Source of the DNA: a virus
Reading direction: 5' to 3' (one strand)
Length of the DNA stretch: 25,563 nt
IMG/VR virus record: IMGVR_UViG_3300045988_005808
Span: 1-25,563 of that record
This document shows, piece after piece, positions 8,086 through 15,382 of the stretch. A program made the translations under genes and the position numbers. The notes below the pieces were generated by a model. That model saw nothing but the letters and a program-made list of their open reading frames with translations, did not search any database and was not told where the DNA came from. Position 1 is the stretch's first letter. Each line of letters starts with the position of its first letter.

Positions 8086-8967
8086 ATAGCAGGAAAACAA
8101 GTAACAGAATTAGACGCATTACCTAGCTTTACAGATACAAGCTTATTGCCTGTACATAATGGCGCAGGATTGAAAAAAGGATTATTATCGCAACTAGCGA
8201 ATTACTTAGGAAATAAATTTAGTAATCCGAATTTATTGATTAATCCGGATTTTAAAATTAATCAAAGAGGAGCTACAAACTACGAAAGTAATTCCGGTGC
8301 ATCTGTGAATACGTATTCAGTTGATAGATGGAGTTTATATAGGCATAAATTAACGGTTAATTCTGATAAATCAATTACATTAGCGAATCCATCATCTAGC
8401 GAAGGAGCATTTTCTCAAATCTTAGAGGACGCAGTCGAGGGCGACGTAACTATTCAAATTTATGTAGTAGATGTTAGTGGCTCTGCTTCGGTATTAGTAA
8501 TGAATTCAGACGGTAGGACAGTTGTGGACGTAGGAAATTTAAAGAAGGGTTTAAATGTATTCCGTTACAGTCAAGGATTAAAAAAAATTTATATCAAAGT
8601 CCTAAATGGAACAATAACTTTGAAATATGCAAAAGTAGAGCAAGGTACAGTGGCAACCCCATTTATTGCTCCTAATCGTGCAGATGAATTAGTTAAATGT
8701 TGCAGATTCTTTCAATCGTTTCAAGTATTGTATTCGACATATGGTGTAGCAAATCAGCATTATTATCAAAAGCTTCCACTTGTAACACTTTTCAGAAGCA
8801 ATCCTACGGTATCTATAACAGAACAGTACATGTATAATGTTAGTTCAAAGGCTATTCAATGGAAAACAGACGGTGGAACAGGATGGCTTAATTTAGATTT
8901 AGTTGCTACTAACGGCTCTCAAACAGTATGTCAAATGATTTGCGCATGCGACGCAGAAATTTATTAG
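8086..8967 (+). CDS. Fibre / receptor-binding-type protein; ATA start
   Basis: AAGGAGGG (8071-8078) sits 7 nt before ATA 8086. The N-terminus AGKQVTELDALPSFTDTSLLPVHNGAGLKKGLLSQL is a typical fibre attachment motif. NLLINPDFKINQRG...YSVDRW follows. TTG 8146 would truncate it by 20 codons. Confidence 0.7.
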   Translation: MAGKQVTELDALPSFTDTSLLPVHNGAGLKKGLLSQLANYLGNKFSNPNLLINPDFKINQRGATNYESNSGASVNTYSVDRWSLYRHKLTVNSDKSITLANPSSSEGAFSQILEDAVEGDVTIQIYVVDVSGSASVLVMNSDGRTVVDVGNLKKGLNVFRYSQGLKKIYIKVLNGTITLKYAKVEQGTVATPFIAPNRADELVKCCRFFQSFQVLYSTYGVANQHYYQKLPLVTLFRSNPTVSITEQYMYNVSSKAIQWKTDGGTGWLNLDLVATNGSQTVCQMICACDAEIY

Positions 8968-8976
8968 GAGGTAGCT

Positions 8977-9324
8977 ATGGAGAACGAATATAAAGTATAC
9001 GCATCTTTGCAAGATGGATACATCACATCTATTAATTCAGAAATCTTTTTATCACAAGAAGAAATTCAAACAATGACAGAAATTGACAACGGACAAGGCG
9101 ATAAATATGCACACGCACAAAGTCAATATCTAGAAAAAGGATTAGTTGATGAACAAGGGCGATATAACTACAAATATGTAGAAGGTAAAGTAGTTGAGAT
9201 TGCAGAAGCAGAAAAGCCTACAATTGAAGAACCAAAAGCAGTACCAACCGAGCAAGAGAAGATTAATGCACAATTAATGCTACAAATTGCTCAATTAAAA
9301 GTTCAATTGAATGGGGTGAAGTAG
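8977..9324 (+). CDS. Hypothetical fibre-module accessory protein
   Basis: ATG after AGGAGG. No assignable domain. Lies between the fibre genes and the XkdX-like ORF. Confidence 0.65.
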   Translation: MENEYKVYASLQDGYITSINSEIFLSQEEIQTMTEIDNGQGDKYAHAQSQYLEKGLVDEQGRYNYKYVEGKVVEIAEAEKPTIEEPKAVPTEQEKINAQLMLQIAQLKVQLNGVK

Positions 9325-9325
9325 T

Positions 9326-9445
9326 ATGAACTATGAATTAATTAAATCGTATTATGAATTAGGCTTATTTACAAAGAGCGATTTAGAAATGTTTGCTTCT
9401 ATCGGTTGGATTACAGAAGCACAGAGAAAAGAAATAATTAAATAA
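9326..9445 (+). CDS. XkdX-like small protein (39 aa)
   Basis: MNYELIKSYYELGLFTKSDLEMFASIGWITEAQRKEIIK resembles the XkdX family pattern (Y..g.yt..dl..fv..gwIT..qy.eI). Below the ORF-track size cutoff. Confidence 0.65.
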   Translation: MNYELIKSYYELGLFTKSDLEMFASIGWITEAQRKEIIK

Positions 9446-9461
9446 GCTTTAAAAGCGTTTT

Positions 9462-9485
9462 AAAGGGCTTGAATGCCCTTTTTCT
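9462..9485 (+). terminator. Intrinsic terminator after the fibre module
   Basis: AAAGGGC (9462-9468)/GCCCTTT (9475-9481) with a T-run. Preceded by a second inverted repeat, CTTTAAAA-gcg-TTTTAAAG. Confidence 0.7.
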
Positions 9486-9501
9486 GTAGGAGGGCATATA
9501 A

Positions 9502-10686
9502 ATGTTAAGCGAAGAAGAACAAAGAGAGCAAGAGCGTAAAAAAAGGCAAGAAGAAAGAAAACAAGAACGTCTAAAAAAGCAAATTGAGAAAAGAAGAAAG
9601 CTTGAAGAAAGAGAAAGAAAAAGTGTAAAGCGTGCTAGTGTGTTTGAATTAGGAATGATGATATTCGTATCTAATAAAATTCGTGAAGTTTTAGAAAAAT
9701 CCACCGAAGAAAACGCGAAATTCAATGATATATTAGCAAAATCACTCGTGGATTTGCGTAAATTTGCGAAAAAAGAATCAAAAAGCCTAAAAAAAGATGT
9801 AATCAAGGAATCAAAAAAGGATTTTGAAGAAAATAAGAATGGAACATTAGAATTAATTCAAGAAGCAACTAAAAAAAAGATGGATGGAAGCCTTGCAAAG
9901 CATATTGCGTATGTGAATCCACAAAAGGACACTGCAAAGCGTTGGAAAAAATACATCAAAACTACTGCGAACACGTATGCAATCGGCAAAGATAAATTAC
10001 CAGTTTTCTTTACGAAATTTGTGCAAGAAGAAGTTAAAAAAGTAGTAGGTGGTAAATGTACGATTGATGATTCATGCAGAAAAGCAATCTCTAAATTGGC
10101 AGATAGTGGCGTGAAAATTGTGGAATATGATACAGGAGTTAAAAGAAATGTGGACGTATGGGTAAGGCAACAAATGCAGTACGCAGAAAAGGAATCATCA
10201 CAAGAAATTAACAATAAATGTGCAAAAGATATGGGAGTTACTGTATTCGAGTTTGACGCTCACGCAAACGCACGTCCAAGTCATAAGAAATGGCAAGGAA
10301 AACGCTATGACACGCAAGGGAAACTATATCCTAGCTTGTTTCAGTTGACGCATGGAGAAGAAAAAGACTATGGATGTAGACACTTTGCACAACCTGTATG
10401 GGATATTGATATGCCTTATGCCTACACAAAAGAGCAGTTAAAGAATATTGATACAAAGCCTTTCACATTCCAAGGAAAGAAATATGAAGGATATGAAGCT
10501 AGGCAGTATCAAAGAGAATTAGAAAGAAACATCAGAGCATTAAAAAGAGAAGTAATCTTATTGGACAATCAAGGACTAGGCAGTACAGAAGCCAAAATCA
10601 AACTAAAACACGCAAATGCAACGTATAAAGCTTTCAGTTCTGAAATGGGAGACAGAGTTCACAACGATAGGCTTAGAATCGGCTAA
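9502..10686 (+). CDS. Head morphogenesis protein (minor capsid protein 2 / Mu F, SPP1 gp7-like)
   Basis: The DAHANARPSHKKWQGKRYD motif is typical of the Mu F/minor-capsid-2 family. Highly charged KE-rich N-terminus. Confidence 0.8.
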   Translation: MLSEEEQREQERKKRQEERKQERLKKQIEKRRKLEERERKSVKRASVFELGMMIFVSNKIREVLEKSTEENAKFNDILAKSLVDLRKFAKKESKSLKKDVIKESKKDFEENKNGTLELIQEATKKKMDGSLAKHIAYVNPQKDTAKRWKKYIKTTANTYAIGKDKLPVFFTKFVQEEVKKVVGGKCTIDDSCRKAISKLADSGVKIVEYDTGVKRNVDVWVRQQMQYAEKESSQEINNKCAKDMGVTVFEFDAHANARPSHKKWQGKRYDTQGKLYPSLFQLTHGEEKDYGCRHFAQPVWDIDMPYAYTKEQLKNIDTKPFTFQGKKYEGYEARQYQRELERNIRALKREVILLDNQGLGSTEAKIKLKHANATYKAFSSEMGDRVHNDRLRIG

Positions 10687-10704
10687 AACGCTCACATTGT
10701 GAGC
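10685..10704 (-). repeat. Inverted copy of the 20-nt hairpin element GCTCACAATGTGAGCGTTTT
   Basis: The reverse complement of 10685-10704 is identical to 3193-3212. The T-tract is on the minus strand here. Confidence 0.8.
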
Positions 10705-10782
10705 TATTATTCAAGCTAAAATATAGTTAGCCAAAGCCATACCGGAGAAGATTCGGTTTATAAATAACTTTAGGAGGGCAAA

Positions 10783-11367
10783 ATGAAAAACATTATTGAA
10801 ATTTTAAAAGAATCAAACATTGAATTAACCAAAGAACAAAAGGAATCAATTACAAAGCTAGTAAATGATAACTACAAGACAATTGCAGAGTTCGACAAGC
10901 AAAAAGAAAAGCTATCTTTAGCAGAGAACAACGCAAAGGAAATTCAAACAAAGTTTGATGATTTCAAAAAGAGCTATGATGGAGTTGATGTAGAAGAGTT
11001 GAGAAATAAAATCAATACATTGACGAATGATATTGACACACAAAAGACAAGCTACGAAACTCAGATTAGCAAAATGAATCTTGATTCCGTATTAAGTGCA
11101 AAAGCTAAAGAATACGGATGTAAAGATTTCGATTTAGCAAAATCACAATTTGATTATGATGATTTGTTAAATTCAAAAGACCAAACAAATGACATTGACA
11201 AAGCTTTCAAGACTTTGAAAGAGAATAAGCCAATCTTGTTTGAAGAAAAACAAAATGAGCCTAGTGTTAAAGGTAATATCGTTGGAAGCAGTGGGCAAGG
11301 AGATAACCCAAACGCCGAAGATTTATTGCTACGACAGGCAATGGGCTTAACTACAGAAAAGAAATAA
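10783..11367 (+). CDS. Scaffolding protein (phage GP20-like)
   Basis: Acidic/lysine-rich coiled-coil protein immediately upstream of the major capsid gene. N-terminus resembles the GP20 minor structural family. Confidence 0.7.
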   Translation: MKNIIEILKESNIELTKEQKESITKLVNDNYKTIAEFDKQKEKLSLAENNAKEIQTKFDDFKKSYDGVDVEELRNKINTLTNDIDTQKTSYETQISKMNLDSVLSAKAKEYGCKDFDLAKSQFDYDDLLNSKDQTNDIDKAFKTLKENKPILFEEKQNEPSVKGNIVGSSGQGDNPNAEDLLLRQAMGLTTEKK

Positions 11368-11381
11368 GGAGGATTTAATTA

Positions 11382-12251
11382 ATACCAAATGAAATTGCAT
11401 TAGCTAAAACGTATGTCTCAAATTTGGATGAGGTATATAAGTTGGCTTCAGTAACAGGTGATTTAAATGCAGACGCTACAATGGTTAGAGCCGGAGCAAA
11501 CGCAAAAGAAATCATCTATCCACAAATTTCTGTTAAAGGTTTAGGGAACTACGATAGAAACAGTGGTTATACAGGCAACTCAGTTAAGTTAGAATGGAAA
11601 ACCGCTACATTCGACTATGACAGAGGTACTAAAATCTCAGTCGATACACAAGATAACGCGGAATCAATGAATATTGCATTCGGCATGGCAGGAGCAGAAT
11701 TAATGCGTACAAAGGTTGCGCCGGAAGCGGACGCCTACACATTCGCCAAAATTGCAGGCACAACAGGAATCACAAAGGTTTCAGAAGATTATACAGGTGC
11801 AGAAGAGTTCTTGAGCGCATTGTTAACGGCTATCACTAAAATGGATGAGGATGAAGTTCCTAGCGAACAACGTATCTTGTATTCAACACCAACATTATTA
11901 AATAGCGTTAAGGCGTTGGACACTTACAAATCTCGTGAAGCTTTACAAGGATTTGCAAAGGTTGTTCCTGTACCTGCTAGCCGTTTCTATACAAAAATCA
12001 AATTGTTGAGTGGAAAAGATACAGAGTTAGAAGGCGGATACGAAAAAGCGGAGGATGGACACGTAATCAACTTCTTGATTGTTCATAAGCCTGCCGTTAT
12101 GAAATGGGATAAACACACTGTTTCAAATGTGATTCCTGCAAGCAATAACATTGAATCAGATTCAGATGTATTGAAATATCGTAAATATGGAATCGTTGAT
12201 GTATACCAAAATAAGGTAGCAGGTATTTACTTATCTGCTAGTACTAAGTAA
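11382..12251 (+). CDS. Major capsid protein; ATA start
   Basis: Position after the scaffold gene, and size. AAGGAGGA (11366-11373) sits 8 nt before the in-frame ATA at 11382. The frame opens at 11379. The only canonical start (TTG 11424) is 14 codons downstream without an SD. Confidence 0.8.
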   Translation: MPNEIALAKTYVSNLDEVYKLASVTGDLNADATMVRAGANAKEIIYPQISVKGLGNYDRNSGYTGNSVKLEWKTATFDYDRGTKISVDTQDNAESMNIAFGMAGAELMRTKVAPEADAYTFAKIAGTTGITKVSEDYTGAEEFLSALLTAITKMDEDEVPSEQRILYSTPTLLNSVKALDTYKSREALQGFAKVVPVPASRFYTKIKLLSGKDTELEGGYEKAEDGHVINFLIVHKPAVMKWDKHTVSNVIPASNNIESDSDVLKYRKYGIVDVYQNKVAGIYLSASTK

Positions 12252-12355
12252 TGGCGAAAGAAATCGGATGGGGTTATCCTTCTAAAGTTGAAAAGCCCAA
12301 AAAAGGTAAACCTCAAACAAAAAAAAAGGAAACTAAACCTCAAAAAGAAAAATAG
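12251..12355 (+). CDS. Small Lys-rich basic peptide (34 aa)
   Basis: TAATG overlap with the capsid stop. MAKEIGWGYPSKVEKPKKGKPQTKKKETKPQKEK. Coding status uncertain. Confidence 0.35.
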   Translation: MAKEIGWGYPSKVEKPKKGKPQTKKKETKPQKEK

Positions 12356-12376
12356 CATAAAAAAGGGGGTTGTAAA

Positions 12377-12724
12377 ATGAACAACGTTTTAGATTGGGAA
12401 TATTACAATTCCCATTTTCCTAAATTTGATGAAAATCAATTCAATCAGTATTCTTACAAAGCAGAAGCAACGGTATTGAAGTATGTGAATGTTGATTCTA
12501 TTAACGAACAGAACGAAAGCACTTTAAAAGATTGTATCTGTGATGTCTTAAACAATGTAATCTTTCAAGATTCGATTGATGGCGTATCAAGTATCTCAAA
12601 TGGTGGATATTCCAAAAGTTTTATAAACACTACACACTCAGACAAAAGAAACGCGCTTGAGGATATTATAGCCTTTTGGTTAGGTGATACCGATTTAATG
12701 AAAGAAAGATGGATTGCGTTATGA
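12377..12724 (+). CDS. Head-tail connector (gp6-like adaptor)
   Basis: ATG after AAGGGGG. Assigned by size and position after the capsid gene. Confidence 0.55.
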   Translation: MNNVLDWEYYNSHFPKFDENQFNQYSYKAEATVLKYVNVDSINEQNESTLKDCICDVLNNVIFQDSIDGVSSISNGGYSKSFINTTHSDKRNALEDIIAFWLGDTDLMKERWIAL

Positions 12725-13140
12725 TAGGATTCTTTGAAGATTCAATTACACTTGTAAATCACTACTATGACACATTGACAAGAGAAGATAGGTTTCAAGC
12801 TTCTATTCTTGATAAATGTATGTGGAGACAATCTACTATAAGGACTACAAATGGTAATATTCTGAGCATAGCCACATCCACAAATATTACTATTCTATAT
12901 CGTGATGGATATGTTGAACCTTACGTATATGCAAAGCTTTCAAATGATGAAAAGCAAAAGCACTTCACATTAAATACAGATAAAACAGATTTCGTATTCT
13001 TTGGAGAAGTGAAAGAAGATTTATCTAGTATTAAAGCAATCAATGAAGCAAAGAAGAAATACAAATGGACAACAATCCAAAGCGTTACAGATTGTACGAA
13101 TGTCGATATGTTGAAGCATTGGGAGGTTGTCGGTCAATAG
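12721..13140 (+). CDS. Head closure / connector protein
   Basis: ATGA overlap start. Assigned by synteny only. Confidence 0.5.
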   Translation: MIGFFEDSITLVNHYYDTLTREDRFQASILDKCMWRQSTIRTTNGNILSIATSTNITILYRDGYVEPYVYAKLSNDEKQKHFTLNTDKTDFVFFGEVKEDLSSIKAINEAKKKYKWTTIQSVTDCTNVDMLKHWEVVGQ

Positions 13141-13142
13141 GA

Positions 13143-13499
13143 ATGAAAGTCAAACTTGATGTTGAATCAATTCCCCAAATTAAACAATCAAGAGGACTTC
13201 AAGAACGTGGACGAGTTCAACAAATGATTGACTCCGAAGTCATTAGATTTATGACCCCTTATACGCCTAGAGACACAGGAGCATTAATTAACTCGGCTAC
13301 AAGAAATACTCAAATCGGAAGTGGATTAGTAAAGCAAGGTGGACCAAGTGCCCCTTATGCTAGACGGTGGTATTACAACAAAGAGGGTGCTCATTTCGTA
13401 GGAGGTAAAACAGACCATTGGTTTGAAAAAGCTATGCGAAATGGTGGAGCAGAAACAATCTTAAAAAAAGCACAACAAATGATAGGAGACGGAGAATGA
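13143..13499 (+). CDS. HK97 gp10-like tail-completion/neck protein
   Basis: FMTPYTPRDTGALINS...GGPSAPYARRWYY resembles the gp10 family pattern (P.dTG.L..s...pYa...). The start could instead be the in-frame ATA at 13137, 11 nt after GGGAGG. Confidence 0.6.
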   Translation: MKVKLDVESIPQIKQSRGLQERGRVQQMIDSEVIRFMTPYTPRDTGALINSATRNTQIGSGLVKQGGPSAPYARRWYYNKEGAHFVGGKTDHWFEKAMRNGGAETILKKAQQMIGDGE

Positions 13500-13915
13500 C
13501 AGTATCAAAGGCATTGATTCAGTGGCTTTACGGCTACGGAAATATACAGATAGATGAACGCATTGAAACAGATGTTTTAGCGCAACAAATTATCTCTTAT
13601 GCGTTGTATAAAGAGCCTAACGCTATTGTAGATACATACATTGACGGCACTCAAATGCGTACAGAATACTACACGTTTCTAGCACGTAGGAATACACAAA
13701 TTGAATCAGAAAGGCAAGACAACAATGTTTTTCTAGAAGAATTAGAAAATTGGATTGATGAAAAGAATTTAAACGGGGAATTACCACAACTAGACGGAAA
13801 CAAATATTGTGATGATGTTTCCGTTTCAAGTGGTCTATATCTATACACGAATGAGGATAGTCAAGCAGTATATGCGTTAACTATTCAAATTAAATACAGG
13901 AAGGAGCTTAATTAA
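13496..13915 (+). CDS. Tail terminator / minor capsid-type neck protein
   Basis: ATGA overlap start. Position immediately before the major tail gene. Confidence 0.5.
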   Translation: MTVSKALIQWLYGYGNIQIDERIETDVLAQQIISYALYKEPNAIVDTYIDGTQMRTEYYTFLARRNTQIESERQDNNVFLEELENWIDEKNLNGELPQLDGNKYCDDVSVSSGLYLYTNEDSQAVYALTIQIKYRKELN

Positions 13916-14421
13916 TAACAACTCAAGGAACCGAAGTAACTACAGGGCAGACAGTCAAGAAGTATATGATTGGATTGTTCTTGCAAATGGGAGAAGCTTA
14001 TAAGCGAATTAAGAAATCTACAACTTTAGATATTTCATTTAACAGTGAAACTGAAACGTATGATTTTATCGCAGATAAGAACCCAACAGAATCATTAAAG
14101 AGTTATTCACCTCAAATCTCACAGGATTTGACTATGATTAAAGGTGAAGATGATTTTGAATATATTTACGAACAAATGATGAAATCCGTACCAAACAACG
14201 AAGAAGTAAATACAAAAGCTTTACTTGTATTTATGTTTGACGGAGACAAAACTAAAGGCTATAAAGCATGGGAGGTTGACGCTAAATTGATTTTCGATAC
14301 ATTAAGCGGTGTCGATTCAAAAATCAACTTCAATATTAACTTTGCAAGCGATATTCGCGTCGGTGTTGCAAAGGTAGCAGATGGAGCAGTAACCTTCACA
14401 GAAGGCACATCAGAAGTATAA
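13915..14421 (+). CDS. Major tail protein; SD-favoured ATA start
   Basis: AAGGAG (13901-13906) sits 8 nt before ATA 13915, which overlaps the upstream TAA (TAATA). An in-frame ATG at 13966 lacks an SD and is the alternative start. Confidence 0.65.
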   Translation: MTTQGTEVTTGQTVKKYMIGLFLQMGEAYKRIKKSTTLDISFNSETETYDFIADKNPTESLKSYSPQISQDLTMIKGEDDFEYIYEQMMKSVPNNEEVNTKALLVFMFDGDKTKGYKAWEVDAKLIFDTLSGVDSKINFNINFASDIRVGVAKVADGAVTFTEGTSEV

Positions 14422-14439
14422 AGAAAGAAGAGGTAAATC

Positions 14440-14802
14440 ATGAATAGAATCACGTATGAAGGGAAACAGTATGAAATCCAACCTAAAACAATTGAAGTTT
14501 TAAAAGCAGAGGACGTTTGTAACGCATTTCACGCTACACATGAAGAAGCATATCGAGCTAAATTCGACTATCTGAAAACAGTATTAACAGATGAACAAAT
14601 TGAAAGCATGTTGGGAAGTGCGGATTTTGAACAGGTTGATTTGATGGAAGTATTGTATATTGTCAATTTGATTGATGATGAATATTCAAAGAGAACGGTT
14701 GAACAACTAGAAAAGAAATTAAAAGCTACATTTGGAACAAATGGAATGAAACAATTTCTTGACGCAAGCAAGACTGTTTCTAGCATTTCGGCGAAGAAAT
14801 GA
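14440..14802 (+). CDS. Tail assembly chaperone (gpG-like)
   Basis: Small acidic protein between the major tail and tape measure genes. Confidence 0.55.
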   Translation: MNRITYEGKQYEIQPKTIEVLKAEDVCNAFHATHEEAYRAKFDYLKTVLTDEQIESMLGSADFEQVDLMEVLYIVNLIDDEYSKRTVEQLEKKLKATFGTNGMKQFLDASKTVSSISAKK

Positions 14803-15362
14803 TTGATTTACGCATAAAAGGCTTGCCAAATAGCATACAATCGCTAGATGGCGAGCCTATTTTATTAAATACAGATTTTCGGTTGTGGATAAGATTTTAC
14901 GAAGAACTAGAAAGATTTAATAATCATATCATTGATGAAGTAGATTGCTCTTATTTATTCGTAGATGAACCACCTATCATAGATAAGCATATTTTAAAAG
15001 AGTTGGAACGATTCCTATATAACCCTTCTAGTACACCCAGAAGTGATTCTACAGGCGTTAAGACATTGGATTATGTGCAAGATGGGGAATATATTTATTC
15101 GGCTTTTGTGCAACTTTACGGCATTGATTTAACGGAATGTGATATGCATTGGCACAAGTTTTTAGCACTAGCCAATAATATAGTTGGTGATTCTACATTG
15201 TGGGGATATGCAAAGAGTGTTAGAGGTTACGAAAAGCCTTCAAAAAATGATACACAAGATAAAGCATATCAAAGGGCAAAAGAAGCGTGGTCTTTCCCAA
15301 TCAAATTAACAATAGAGGAACAAGAAATGAAAGATGAATTCGATTCATATTTTGATGTTTAG
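14799..15362 (+). CDS. Tail assembly protein, phage Gp15-like
   Basis: ATGA overlap start. LLNTDFRLWIRF resembles the Gp15 family N-terminal motif. Confidence 0.55.
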   Translation: MIDLRIKGLPNSIQSLDGEPILLNTDFRLWIRFYEELERFNNHIIDEVDCSYLFVDEPPIIDKHILKELERFLYNPSSTPRSDSTGVKTLDYVQDGEYIYSAFVQLYGIDLTECDMHWHKFLALANNIVGDSTLWGYAKSVRGYEKPSKNDTQDKAYQRAKEAWSFPIKLTIEEQEMKDEFDSYFDV

Positions 15363-15382
15363 AAAAGGAGGTTGCAAATTGA

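Noticed and set aside
14700-14810. Programmed -1 frameshift joining the two tail chaperone ORFs (G/GT-like).
   Set aside because: I found no XXXYYYZ slippery heptamer near the end of 14440-14802. The second ORF has its own ATG in an ATGA overlap. It is not excluded, only unsupported.
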